Origin: an uncultured Collinsella sp.
GTDB lineage: Bacteria; Actinomycetota; Coriobacteriia; Coriobacteriales; Coriobacteriaceae
Length of the DNA stretch: 51,083 bases
Reading direction: 5' to 3'
Assembly: GCA_900546965.1 (NCBI GenBank)
Contig: URFE01000001.1
Coordinates: forward strand, 1 to 51,083
Position numbers and translations under genes: made by a program. This document shows, one piece after another, positions 10,431 to 20,242 of the stretch. How positions within the stretch are numbered: the first letter of the stretch is position 1; every line of letters starts with the position of its first letter. Below the pieces are notes generated by a model. The model did not search any database, was not told where the DNA came from, and saw nothing but the letters and a program-made list of their open reading frames with translations.

Positions 10431-11764
10431 GACCGGTCGCCTCCAAACAAGTCGGAACGCGTGGCCAAGTAGGCATCGAGGGCCTCGAGCGCACGGTCCG
10501 CATAGGCCTGGTAGCGGTCGCGCTTGCTGCGGCGCTTACCATCCTCGAGTGGCGGCACCAGGCCAAAGTTGACATGCATGGGCTGATAGCCCACGGTGGC
10601 AGGATCGGTCGCATAGCCCACGAGCGCACCCAGGGCGCCCACACGCGGCAACTCGACGCCCGCGGCACCGATAGCCTCGGCATAGGTGTTGAGCGCCGCG
10701 AGCAGACCGGTCGCCACGGCTTCCATGTACCCCTCGGTGCCGGTGATCTGACCGGCCAGGCGCACGCCGGTACCGGGCACGGCAAAGGTGCCATCGAGCA
10801 CGTGCGGAGCGTCGACAAAGGTATTGCGATGCATGACACCGTAGCGGAAGAACTCAGCGTTCTCCAGGCCCGGCACCATATGGAAGACGCGCTTCTGCTC
10901 GCCAAAGGTCAAGTTGGTCTGGAAGCCCACCAGGTTATAGGCGGTCTTCTCCTTGTTCTCGGCACGCAGCTGTATCGCCGCCCAGGGGCGACGTCCGGTA
11001 CGCGGGTCGGTGAGGCCAACGGGCTTCATGGCGCCAAAGCGAATGGCGTCCTTGCCGGTGCGCGCAACTTCCTCGGCAGGCTGGCAGGCCTGGAACAAAT
11101 CGCCGCCCTCAAAGTCTTTGAGCACCACGCGGTCGGCCGTGGTAAGCGCCTCGATAAAGGCCTCGTACTCCTCCTTATTGAGCGGAGCGTTGAGATAGTC
11201 GCCGCTCCCCTGCTCCTCATAGCGCGACTGCGAGAACAGCACGTCCATATCGAGCGTGGAGGCGTCGACGATCGGCGCCGCGGCATCGAAGAACGCAAGG
11301 GCATCGCCACCGACGAGCTTCATAACCTCTTCGCTCAGCGCCGGTGAACACAGCGGGCCCGCGGCAATGACCACGTGACCCTCGGGAATCTGCGTGACCT
11401 CGCCGTGCACGACCTCGATATTGGGACGGGCGGCAACCTCGGCCTCGACAAGCTCGGAAAACTTGACGCGGTCGACCGCCAAGGCGCCACCGGCGGGAAC
11501 AGCCGCGCGATGGGCGCAATCGAGCAGGACTGAACCCATGCGCTCAAGCTCGGCTTTCAGCAAACCAGCCGCGGAATCCGGACGGGTCGACTTAAACGAA
11601 TTGGAGCAGACGAGCTCTGCCAGGTGATCGGTATGGTGAGCCGGGGAGCTCACCTGGGGGCGCATCTCGCACAGCTTTACGGCAAAACCGCGATCTGCCA
11701 GCTGGATCGCGCACTCCGACCCCGCCAGACCGCCACCGATAACTGTCACCTGATCGAACTGCAT
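10427..11764 (-). CDS. trmFO: Folate/FAD-dependent tRNA m5U54 methyltransferase TrmFO (Gid)
   Basis: VIGGGLAGSE, AELVCSNSF, VPAGGALAVDR, YNLVGFQTNL, RYGVMHRNTF, AGQITGTEGY. Confidence 0.96.
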   Translation of the reverse strand: MQFDQVTVIGGGLAGSECAIQLADRGFAVKLCEMRPQVSSPAHHTDHLAELVCSNSFKSTRPDSAAGLLKAELERMGSVLLDCAHRAAVPAGGALAVDRVKFSELVEAEVAARPNIEVVHGEVTQIPEGHVVIAAGPLCSPALSEEVMKLVGGDALAFFDAAAPIVDASTLDMDVLFSQSRYEEQGSGDYLNAPLNKEEYEAFIEALTTADRVVLKDFEGGDLFQACQPAEEVARTGKDAIRFGAMKPVGLTDPRTGRRPWAAIQLRAENKEKTAYNLVGFQTNLTFGEQKRVFHMVPGLENAEFFRYGVMHRNTFVDAPHVLDGTFAVPGTGVRLAGQITGTEGYMEAVATGLLAALNTYAEAIGAAGVELPRVGALGALVGYATDPATVGYQPMHVNFGLVPPLEDGKRRSKRDRYQAYADRALEALDAYLATRSDLFGGDRS

Positions 11765-11778
11765 CTGCAAACACCTTT

Positions 11779-12714
11779 CTAATTGACACGTTTTCCATTG
11801 TGACCGAAGGGTGTCTGGGCGTGAAGGGCAAACTTGGAGGGCGCATACCTTCCATCCATCATGCGCTCGATAAGGCCCTCGAGTTCAAGCGAACCCAAGA
11901 GTTTGAGTACGCCGACAGCATCGAGCGAGACGAGCGCCGCGATGTCGTCGACCTTGAGCGGAGAGGCGATGAGCGCATGCATCACGGTCTGCTGCGTTGG
12001 ATCCAGGTCGGCAATGCCGGGAGCATCGGGGCGCGAGTAGCGCAGGGTTCCGTAGATGCGTGAGATAGCCATCTCGATAGATTCCTCGTCGACGATGCAG
12101 CAGGCACCGTTCGCAATGAGGTAATTCGTGCCACGCGACTCGGGCGATAGGATCGACCCCGGCACGGCAAGAAGTTCGCGCCCCAAATCCATAGCAGCCT
12201 CGGCTGTAGAAAACGTCCCAGAAGGCATACCCGCCTCGGATACAAAGAGGGCTTGCGACAGGGCCGCGATCACGCGATTGCGGCGCGGAAAGGCGAACTT
12301 GCGCGGACCCATGCCCCACGGAGAGATCGACACGACCGCGCCACCCGTATCAAGCGTGCGCGTAATCAGCCCCGCGCTCGAACGCGGGTAGACCACGTCG
12401 GCGCCCGTCCCCAGCACCACTACGTGTTTGCCGCCGGCGTTGACCGCAGCCCAACCCGAGGCCTGGTCACAACCGACCGCGCCGCCCGAAACAACCGTCA
12501 CGCCCGCATCAACCGCCACTTTTGCCGCAAGCTCTGCCACGGCAAGACCATACGGCGAGGCCTTGCGCGCGCCGATGATGGAGAGCGCGGGCGTCGAAAG
12601 CACCTCGGGGTTGCCGCGCACATAGATCGTCTGGGGTACATCAGAAAGCTCCAAAACAGTCTCGGGATACAACGCATCACCTGGATGCAGCTCAAAGGTC
12701 CCCTCGGCCATCAT
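11779..12714 (-). CDS. dprA: DNA-processing protein DprA/Smf
   Basis: IIGARKASPYG, VSGGAVGCD, FPRRNRVIAALS, AVPGSI, C-terminal winged helix; start overlaps comM stop. Confidence 0.94.
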   Translation of the reverse strand: MMAEGTFELHPGDALYPETVLELSDVPQTIYVRGNPEVLSTPALSIIGARKASPYGLAVAELAAKVAVDAGVTVVSGGAVGCDQASGWAAVNAGGKHVVVLGTGADVVYPRSSAGLITRTLDTGGAVVSISPWGMGPRKFAFPRRNRVIAALSQALFVSEAGMPSGTFSTAEAAMDLGRELLAVPGSILSPESRGTNYLIANGACCIVDEESIEMAISRIYGTLRYSRPDAPGIADLDPTQQTVMHALIASPLKVDDIAALVSLDAVGVLKLLGSLELEGLIERMMDGRYAPSKFALHAQTPFGHNGKRVN

Positions 12715-14234
12715 TGATCCCTCCTTCCCTGGTACATCGCAGCCTCGAGCACGTGGTCCTGCGTCACTTGCTCGCTCTCGGCGACATCTGAGATCGTACG
12801 CGCGATACGCACCAGGCGCACGATACCGCGGCCCGTGAGATGCGTGCGCTTCGACAGGCCGAGCACACACTTCTCCGCCGCATCATCGAGCTCGAAGGTC
12901 GAAACGACGCCGTCAATGGACCGCGTCTCATCATCCTCGGCCTCGGCATCCGCATCGTCCATGCGGGATTCGCGCCAAGCGCGAAAGGCGCGACCGCGCA
13001 CAACGTAGTCACGTAACTCGGCCGACGACATGCCCTCCGCACCCTCGATAATCACTTGAGGGTCGGGACGGGTCACATCGATCATCATGTCGATACGGTC
13101 GGCCAAAGGACCACGCAGTTTAGACCGATAGCGCTCGACCATCGCCGCCGAGCAGCGACACGGCACCTCGCGATCGCCCAAAAAGCCGCAGGGGCAGGGA
13201 TTGCTCGCAGCCAGCAGCTGAAAGCGCGACGGGAAGGTAAAAGCCCCGTCGACGCGTACGATCCTCACGTAGCCGCGCTCGATGGGCTGACGCAGCGTCT
13301 GCAGCACGCCAGTGGGAAACTCGGCAAGCTCGTCCAAAAAGAGCACGCCGCCATGAGCAAGGCTGATCTCACCCGGGTGCACCGGGCGCCCGCCGCCGAT
13401 AAGGCCTGCGGTCGAAATACTGTGGTGGGGACTGCGGAAGGGGCGGTGCCCCGCCAACAAGCCATCAATGTTCTCACCCAAAACCGAATGGATGCACAGT
13501 GCCTCCTGCTGATCCTCAACGGAAAGCTCGGGCAGGATGCCGGTCATACGGCGAGCAAGCATCGTCTTGCCCGATCCCGGAGACCCGATCATGAGCAAGC
13601 CGAGTTCTCCTGCCGCCGCAAGCGCCATGCCGCGTTTAGCGACTTCCTGCCCCAGCACGTCGGCATAGTCGAGCTCAGGCTCAAAGGTCGCCTCGACGCT
13701 CTCGGAATCCAGATAGTGCCGAGCCGCCTCGCCCATGCCATGGGCAAGCTGAGACAGATGATCGATAAAGCCGCAATCCACGCCCGCGAGTGGCACATGC
13801 TGGTCGGACCTGCCGGCGATAAAAGACAGCCCCATGTCGCGAGCCAATAGCTGAAACGCCACCTCGCCCTTGACAGGAAGCACCGTACCGTCCAAGCCGA
13901 GCTCGCCGGCGATAAGGCAGCAATCGAGGTTGTCACGGGGAATCTGTCCATCGGCCGCTAGAACCGCGATGGCGATGGGCAGATCAAAGCCGCTACCGGT
14001 CTTGCGAATATCGCCGGGCGCCAGGTTGACCGTAATGCCCGAGCGTGGGATCTCGAACCCGGCGGAGCGCATCGCGCAGCGAATACGACCGCGTGACTCC
14101 ATCACCTCCATACTCGGAATACCGAGCATCTGAATGCCCGGAACGCCACCGGCAAGCGAGACCTCGACCGTGACGGGAATCGCCTCGACGCCGCGGATGC
14201 AGGCCGCGTGAACGGCAAACGTCTCGAACGCCAT
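12711..14234 (-). CDS. comM: YifB/ComM Mg-chelatase-like AAA+ ATPase
   Basis: VNLAPGDIRKTGSGFDLPIA, GSPGSGKT, FRSPHHS, PGEISLAHGGVLFLDE, NPCPCG. Confidence 0.94.
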   Translation of the reverse strand: MAFETFAVHAACIRGVEAIPVTVEVSLAGGVPGIQMLGIPSMEVMESRGRIRCAMRSAGFEIPRSGITVNLAPGDIRKTGSGFDLPIAIAVLAADGQIPRDNLDCCLIAGELGLDGTVLPVKGEVAFQLLARDMGLSFIAGRSDQHVPLAGVDCGFIDHLSQLAHGMGEAARHYLDSESVEATFEPELDYADVLGQEVAKRGMALAAAGELGLLMIGSPGSGKTMLARRMTGILPELSVEDQQEALCIHSVLGENIDGLLAGHRPFRSPHHSISTAGLIGGGRPVHPGEISLAHGGVLFLDELAEFPTGVLQTLRQPIERGYVRIVRVDGAFTFPSRFQLLAASNPCPCGFLGDREVPCRCSAAMVERYRSKLRGPLADRIDMMIDVTRPDPQVIIEGAEGMSSAELRDYVVRGRAFRAWRESRMDDADAEAEDDETRSIDGVVSTFELDDAAEKCVLGLSKRTHLTGRGIVRLVRIARTISDVAESEQVTQDHVLEAAMYQGRRDQ

Positions 14235-14719
14235 CACGACACCTGCCAATCGAACGCGTTGTACTGATGCTCGATCTCGGCGATATGCCCGCCGCGGATG
14301 GTGACACCCACGGCATCGAAGCGAATCGCCTTGAGCGGATAATGCTCCATGAGATAGCAACTTGCGATGCGGCGGTAGCGGCGTTGTTTTTGGGCGTCCA
14401 CGGCCTCCTCGGGAAAGACCCGCGTGGTGCAATCCAGCGAAACGCGTCTGGTCTTGACCTCGGCCATCACCACGACATCGTCGAGCTCATCGAGCAGCAC
14501 CAGGTCGGCCTCGCCCTCGGTGCAACGATAGCCCTGCTCCAGCAAGGTGTAGCCGCGCTCGTTAAAGTAGTCGATGGTGATCAGCTCGCCCAGCATGCCT
14601 AGCTCGCGGGGACTGAGTCCCTTGATAAACTCGGGCGTCATCGCCCCGGAGTCGAGCTCGCCGTTTTCCCAACGCTCCTTGAGCTGCTGCGTCTTGCTCT
14701 TTTTGCTTGCGGCACTCAT
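14234..14719 (-). CDS. yraN: YraN family (UPF0102) nuclease with N-terminal extension
   Basis: LGMLGE, GEADLV, AEVKTR, IRFDAV; directly upstream of comM. Confidence 0.9.
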   Translation of the reverse strand: MSAASKKSKTQQLKERWENGELDSGAMTPEFIKGLSPRELGMLGELITIDYFNERGYTLLEQGYRCTEGEADLVLLDELDDVVVMAEVKTRRVSLDCTTRVFPEEAVDAQKQRRYRRIASCYLMEHYPLKAIRFDAVGVTIRGGHIAEIEHQYNAFDWQVS

Positions 14720-14907
14720 GGGGTCTCCTTTCCCGCACACTGCATTGCCCCGATGATGAGGGCACCTTTCATGCGGGTAAGTACAGGAAGCAAACCAAAA
14801 GCTGACCAAATGCCGTCAAAAAAGGACCGTACGCAGCAATGGTGCTGTATACGGCCCGCTACCAGCAGGTTTATAAAACGTCAGAGGTCCCTGTCTCCAC
14901 AATTAGC

Positions 14908-15696
14908 CTAGAAAAGGCGCTCAGTCTGCAGAAAGTTTCCGCAAAAGCTCACGCGGTGCAGTGGACAAAGTCCATGTTTGCGAATGGCCTCGATATGCTC
15001 GGGGCTTGCATAGCCCTTCGACTCGGCCAGATGGTACTCGGGATACTCGGCGTCGTACTCGACCATCATCTCGTCACGCGTGACCTTGGCCATGATGGAC
15101 GCCGCGGCGATGCAGGCGATCTTGGCATCGCCCTTCACCACATCGCGCTCGTTAGGAACGGCGCCCAAGGGGTTGCCATCCATAAGCACGCAATCGGGCT
15201 CGAGCCCCGTATCGGCCACGGCGCCCGCAACGGCGGTACGGATAGCACGGGCCATGCCCATCTCATCGATATCCTTAGGCGCGATATGGCAAAAACCAAT
15301 CGCCGTCGCCACCTCGGCAATCTTCACTGAGAGCAACTCGCGGCGCGCCGGCGTGAGCTTTTTGGAATCGTTGATGCCCCAGACGCGCGGCTCCATAGGA
15401 AGGCAGACAGCGCATACCGTCAAAGGACCGGCCACCGATCCGCGACCCACCTCGTCGACACCAACGACCACCCCATCGCCGCCAAGCTCATGCATAAGCT
15501 CGTACATGTCATTGACGCGTTCGCGCTCGGCAAGCTCTTTGGCATGGCGTTTGAGAGCGCGTTCGCAAGCCTTGATCACCTGCTGGCGCGGGTCCTCGCG
15601 ATAATGCTCCACGAGGGCGGGAATCTCCTCAAACGTTGCGCTCGCCAACTCACCGGCAACCTGCGATGCCGAAACCGAGCTCGTCATGTTGGCCAT
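14908..15696 (-). CDS. rnhB: Ribonuclease HII
   Basis: GVDEVGRG, DSKKL, VKGDA, IAAASIMAKVTRD, KGY, HRVSF; AAGGAGG SD. Confidence 0.96.
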   Translation of the reverse strand: MANMTSSVSASQVAGELASATFEEIPALVEHYREDPRQQVIKACERALKRHAKELAERERVNDMYELMHELGGDGVVVGVDEVGRGSVAGPLTVCAVCLPMEPRVWGINDSKKLTPARRELLSVKIAEVATAIGFCHIAPKDIDEMGMARAIRTAVAGAVADTGLEPDCVLMDGNPLGAVPNERDVVKGDAKIACIAAASIMAKVTRDEMMVEYDAEYPEYHLAESKGYASPEHIEAIRKHGLCPLHRVSFCGNFLQTERLF

Positions 15697-15725
15697 ACCA
15701 GGCCCTCCTTGCATGCAAATCAGAT

Positions 15726-15755
15726 AAAAAGAAGGGCCACCCGAAGGTGACCCTT
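15726..15755 (-). terminator. Intrinsic terminator after rplS
   Basis: AAGGGTCACC-TTCG-GGTGGCCCTT followed by CTTTTT on the minus strand. Confidence 0.85.
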
Positions 15756-15789
15756 GTGTCCAACCGAGTGGACAGACGCTGCGATCTTC

Positions 15790-16131
15790 TTAGCGCTTCT
15801 CGGGGATGCGAGCAGCCTTGCCCACCTTGTCGCGGAGGTAGTACAGCTTGGCGCGACGGACGCGACCATGACGAACGACCTCGAGCTTGGCGATCTTGGG
15901 GCTGTGAAGCGGGAAGGTACGCTCAACACCGACACCGAAGGACATCTTGCGGACGGTGAAGGTCTCGCGGGCACCGGCGCCGGCCATGCGGATGACGTCG
16001 CCCTGGAAGACCTGGATGCGCTCGCGGTCGCCTTCCTTAATGCGGTAGTGAACCTTGACGTTGTCGGCGACGCGAACCTGAGGAATGTCCTCGCGGATCT
16101 GCTGACGCTCGATTGCGCGGATGTAATCCAT
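15790..16131 (-). CDS. rplS: 50S ribosomal protein L19
   Basis: [37 protein letters not shown]. Confidence 0.98.
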   Translation of the reverse strand: MDYIRAIERQQIREDIPQVRVADNVKVHYRIKEGDRERIQVFQGDVIRMAGAGARETFTVRKMSFGVGVERTFPLHSPKIAKLEVVRHGRVRRAKLYYLRDKVGKAARIPEKR

Positions 16132-16155
16132 GTGCAATTCCTTACTCTTCTAGAG

Positions 16156-16228
16156 GTGCCGTACCACCTTGGCCGGCACGTAGTTGAACAAACGTATTCG
16201 AGTATACACGCGCGGGTTTCTGCTGCAA
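16156..16228 (-). promoter_or_regulatory. rplS promoter and 5'UTR hairpin (L19-leader-like)
   Basis: TTGCAG-16 nt-TATACT (16228-16201); hairpin GTGCCG...CGGCAC at 16156-16179 in the UTR. Confidence 0.55.
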
Positions 16229-16274
16229 GAACAATTTTTTACGCAGACAAAAAGACAAAACCCGCACATGATAA

Positions 16275-16302
16275 CCGCCCGTCTCACAAATGAGACGGGC
16301 GG
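16275..16302 (-). terminator. Stem-loop after ppdK (probable terminator)
   Basis: Perfect 12-bp inverted repeat CCGCCCGTCTCA/TGAGACGGGCGG with 4-nt loop; weak U tract. Confidence 0.7.
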
Positions 16303-16341
16303 CATGAAGGGGGGCTACACTAGGTGTCTACGCCCAAAACG

Positions 16342-19092
16342 TTAGGCGGGACGCTTGGCCTCGAGCTTGGCCTGGGCGGCAGCCAAGCGCGCGAGGGGCA
16401 CGCGGTAGGGCGAGCAGGACACGTAGTCCACGTCGGCCACGTTAAACAGGCCCTTGATGGACTTGAGGTCGCCGCCGTGCTCGCCGCACACGCCAAAGTG
16501 CATGTCGGGGTTGGTGGCGCGGCCCTTCTCGACAGCCATGCGCACCAGTTCGAGTACTGCCGTGTCGATGGTCTCGAAGGGGTTGTCCTTCAAGATCTTC
16601 TTATGCATGTACAGCGGGATGAACTTAGCCTCGGCATCGTCACGCGAGAAACCGAAGGTCGTCTGGGTAAGGTCGTTGGTGCCAAAGCAGAAGAAATCGG
16701 CGTGCTGGGCGATCTCGTCGGCGACCATACAGGCGCGCGGCAGCTCGAGCATCGTGCCCACGGGAATGTTGAGCTCGACGCCCTCCTCGGCGGAAACCTC
16801 GGCGATGACGCGCTCGATGACGTCGCGAGTCTGGACATGCTCAGCCGTGATGGAAACGAGCGGAACCATGATCTCGGGATGCGGGTCGACGCCCTCCTTG
16901 ATAAGGCGGGCAGCGGCCGTGGCGACGGCGCGAACCTGCATGAGCGGCAGATCGCTAAAGACGACGGACAGGCGAACGCCGCGCAGGCCGAGCATGGGGT
17001 TCGACTCGACCATGCCGTCGATACGACGCAGGCGGGCGCGCAGGGCTGCAAGCTCTTCCTCGCTGGCGCCGGCGGCTTCCTTCTTGGTGATGGTGACCTC
17101 GAGCTCGCGAGGATTATCCAGGAACTCATGAAGCGGCGGATCGAGTAGGCGAACAACCACATCGCGACCAGACATGGTCTTGAACATCGCCAAGAAGTCC
17201 TCAGTCTGGACCTTGAGCAGATCGGCCAGGGCCTGCTGCTTCACCGCCTCGTCGTCGGACAGGATGAAGTTCTGGATGATGTTCTTGCGATCGCCCAGGA
17301 ACATGTGCTCGGTGCGGCACAGACCGATGGCCTCGGCGCCAAACTCGAGCGCGAGCTCGGCATCCTCGGGGTTGTCGGCGTTGACGCGCACGTGGTTGGC
17401 GTGACCGTCGGTCTCGTCCAGGCGAATCTCGTCTGCCCAGGACAGAATGGTGTCCAGGTCGTCGGTGAGCTCAGCGGATACCAAATCGACAGCGCCATCG
17501 ACAACGATACCCTGAGTGCCGTCGATGGAGATGATGTCGCCCTCGTGCAGCACGCGATCGTTGCCCTCGATACGCACGACCTTCTCGGCCGCGTCGATAT
17601 GGAAACACTCGACACCGCAGACGCAGGACGTACCCATACCGCGGGCGATAACAGCGGCATGGCTCGTCTTGCCACCGTGGCTGGTCAGGATGCCCTCGGC
17701 GGCGACCATGCCCTTCAAGTCGTCGGGGTTGGTCTCCCAACGGACCAAGATAACCTTATGACCCTCGTTTGCGCGCGCGACGGCGTCATCGCTCGAGAAC
17801 ACGACCTCGCCCACGGCGGCGCCGGGGCTGGCGTTTAGACCGCTGGCCAGGACCTCGTACTTCTTGGAGGAGTCGAACTGCGGGTGCAGGAGCTGGTCGA
17901 GCTGCGCGGGATCGATGCGGCTCACGGCCTCCTCACGGGTGATGAGGCCCTCCTCGACCATCTCGATAGCGATGCGCAGAGCGGCAGTTGCGGTACGCTT
18001 GCCCACGCGGGTCTGGAGCATCCAGAGCTTACCCTGCTCGATGGTGAACTCGATGTCGCACATGTCGCGGTAGTGATCCTCAAGCGTCAGGAATACACGC
18101 TCAAGCTCCTCACCTGCGGACCCGAGGCCCGGGGTGATCTTGAGGTCGGCGATGGGCTCGGTGTTGCGGATGCCGGCGACGACGTCCTCGCCCTGGGCGT
18201 TGACCAGAAAGTCGCCGTAGAATTCCTTGGTGCCGTCTGCCGGGTTGCGCGTAAAGGCGACACCGGTCGCCGAGGTCTCGCCCTTATTGCCAAAGGCCAT
18301 GGCCTGGACGTTGACGGCGGTGCCAAGGTCATCGGAAATGCCGTGCTGCTTGCGGTAGATGCAGGCGCGCTCGTTCATCCAGCTGCCAAAGACGGCTTGG
18401 ATAGCAAGGCGCAGCTGAAGCTCCGGATCGTGCGGGAAGACGGACTTGCCGTTGGCGACCTCGAGCTCGGGGTACAGGGCGGCCTCGACGTTGTCGGAGA
18501 AAATGCCCTTGAACGTCTCGACGAGCTCCTGCAGGTCCTCAGCCGAAAGCTCGGAGTCGACGCGAACGCCGGCGACCAGGCGGGCCTGGGTCAGGGCATT
18601 CTCGAACAAGTCGGCATCGACACCCATGACGACGTTGGAGAACATCTGGATAAAGCGACGATAGCTATCCCAGGCAAAGCGCGGGTTCTGCGTCTGGGCG
18701 ATAAGGCCTTGGACGGAGTCGTCATTGAGGCCCAGGTTGAGGACCGTGTCCATCATGCCGGGCATGGAGAACGGAGCGCCCGAGCGCACCGACACGAGCA
18801 GCGGATCGGAGGCGTCGCCGAGCTTCTTGCCGCAGCGGGCCTCGAGGTCCGCCTCGGCGGCAACGATCTCGTCGAGCGCGCCCACGGGCCACACGTTGCC
18901 GGCACCAGAGTACTCGACGCAGGTCTGGCAGGTAATGGTAAAGCCACCGGGAACCGGCAGGCCGATGCGGCTCATCTCGGCAAGATTAGCGCCTTTGCCA
19001 CCAAGCACGAAGTTCATGGACTTGTCACCCTCGGTGACACAAGTGCCCTGGGCATCGGTTCCAAAACGGTAAACCCTCTTGCAATCGCTCAC
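16342..19092 (-). CDS. ppdK: Pyruvate, phosphate dikinase
   Basis: LGGKGANLAEM, VSVRSGA, GGKTSHAA phospho-His motif, GLCRTEHMF, FGTNDLTQ, GVCGEHGG. Confidence 0.97.
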   Translation of the reverse strand: MSDCKRVYRFGTDAQGTCVTEGDKSMNFVLGGKGANLAEMSRIGLPVPGGFTITCQTCVEYSGAGNVWPVGALDEIVAAEADLEARCGKKLGDASDPLLVSVRSGAPFSMPGMMDTVLNLGLNDDSVQGLIAQTQNPRFAWDSYRRFIQMFSNVVMGVDADLFENALTQARLVAGVRVDSELSAEDLQELVETFKGIFSDNVEAALYPELEVANGKSVFPHDPELQLRLAIQAVFGSWMNERACIYRKQHGISDDLGTAVNVQAMAFGNKGETSATGVAFTRNPADGTKEFYGDFLVNAQGEDVVAGIRNTEPIADLKITPGLGSAGEELERVFLTLEDHYRDMCDIEFTIEQGKLWMLQTRVGKRTATAALRIAIEMVEEGLITREEAVSRIDPAQLDQLLHPQFDSSKKYEVLASGLNASPGAAVGEVVFSSDDAVARANEGHKVILVRWETNPDDLKGMVAAEGILTSHGGKTSHAAVIARGMGTSCVCGVECFHIDAAEKVVRIEGNDRVLHEGDIISIDGTQGIVVDGAVDLVSAELTDDLDTILSWADEIRLDETDGHANHVRVNADNPEDAELALEFGAEAIGLCRTEHMFLGDRKNIIQNFILSDDEAVKQQALADLLKVQTEDFLAMFKTMSGRDVVVRLLDPPLHEFLDNPRELEVTITKKEAAGASEEELAALRARLRRIDGMVESNPMLGLRGVRLSVVFSDLPLMQVRAVATAAARLIKEGVDPHPEIMVPLVSITAEHVQTRDVIERVIAEVSAEEGVELNIPVGTMLELPRACMVADEIAQHADFFCFGTNDLTQTTFGFSRDDAEAKFIPLYMHKKILKDNPFETIDTAVLELVRMAVEKGRATNPDMHFGVCGEHGGDLKSIKGLFNVADVDYVSCSPYRVPLARLAAAQAKLEAKRPA

Positions 19093-19306
19093 GATACTTC
19101 CCCTTCCATGCGCTCTCGCGCGCGACCGTGGTAACGAATCGACCCGCCGGATGCGGGCCGTGAGGGAACTATACGGCGGGATTTGAACGGGCTTGAGCAG
19201 AGGATACGCGGTTTGGTAAACGTGCTAAAACTGGCGGTAAACGGTAGGTAAAGGTGGTTACCTTATGAAGATACCACTGTAAGAAAGTGCAGGTCAGATG
19301 CGATAT

Positions 19307-19330
19307 TTTTGATAAATCGCTTTATCAAAA
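19307..19330. promoter_or_regulatory. Palindromic operator candidate (LacI-family-like) upstream of ppdK
   Basis: TTTTGATAAA-TCGC-TTTATCAAAA: perfect 10-bp arms with central CG. Confidence 0.45.
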
Positions 19331-19341
19331 TGCTGCTACTA

Positions 19342-20208
19342 TTAGGCTCGACGGGCGGCGCGGCGGGCACGGGCTTCTTGGATTTCCTCCAAGTGGCTGA
19401 TGATCTCGGCAGCGCTCTCCTCGATGGCCTTGCCGTCGGTACGCACCACAAAGCAGCCCAGGCGCTTCATAAGGGCACGGGCTTCCTCGAGCTCGCTGCG
19501 AACGCTCTCGGGCTCGGCATAGGAGCCTGCGACGGCGCGGGCGTAGTCATCGCCCAAGCGGCTATCGCGAATCCCGGAGATCACATCGACAGTCGAAATC
19601 AGTCCGAACAACCGCATCGGGTCGACCTCGTAAATTGACTTCGGCGGCTCCATGCCATGGGCCAAAGGAACATTGGCAACCTTGTAACCCTGATAGGCCA
19701 AATACATCGACAGCGGTGTCTTGGACGTGCGCGATACGCCCAGCAGCACGATATCGGCACCTGACAGATCGTCGCAACCGCGCCCATCATCGTGCTCAAC
19801 AAAATACTCCATGGCCTCGATGTGATGGAAGTAGCGGTCATCGGTCTTGTGAATCACGCCGGCAACGCCCTTGGGCGGCACACCGATAAGCGACGATAGC
19901 ACGGCGAGCGTCGGGCCAATCAGGTCGACTGAACGAATATGCAGCATGCCCAGGTAATCGAGCACGCGGGCGCGAAGCGCCGGATCGACAATGGTGTGAA
20001 ACACGGCAATATCGCGATGGTCGGCATCGACGCGCGGCCCCACAAATGACTTGACCTGCTCCACGGAAGTCACCTTGGGCAGACGTAAAACGCGAAAAGC
20101 CCCTTCATCAAATTGCCCGGACGCCGCAAGCACCACCTCACAAGCGGTATCGCCGAGCGAGTCGGAGATAACGATAACGGTGGGACGAGCGGTGACCGGG
20201 CAATCCAT
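19342..20208 (-). CDS. PPDK regulatory kinase/pyrophosphorylase (DUF299, PDRP/YqfL)
   Basis: ISDSLGDTA, HDDG, ADIVLLGVSRTSKTPLSMYLA, KAIEESA; adjacent to ppdK. Confidence 0.93.
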   Translation of the reverse strand: MDCPVTARPTVIVISDSLGDTACEVVLAASGQFDEGAFRVLRLPKVTSVEQVKSFVGPRVDADHRDIAVFHTIVDPALRARVLDYLGMLHIRSVDLIGPTLAVLSSLIGVPPKGVAGVIHKTDDRYFHHIEAMEYFVEHDDGRGCDDLSGADIVLLGVSRTSKTPLSMYLAYQGYKVANVPLAHGMEPPKSIYEVDPMRLFGLISTVDVISGIRDSRLGDDYARAVAGSYAEPESVRSELEEARALMKRLGCFVVRTDGKAIEESAAEIISHLEEIQEARARRAARRA

Positions 20209-20242
20209 GCGGGGCTCCTTTTGCGCTTACGCGCAGGCTGGC

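Noticed and set aside
16185..16200. SOS box upstream of rplS
   Set aside because: Poor match and spacing to GAAC-N4-GTTC; overlaps the likely rplS transcription start
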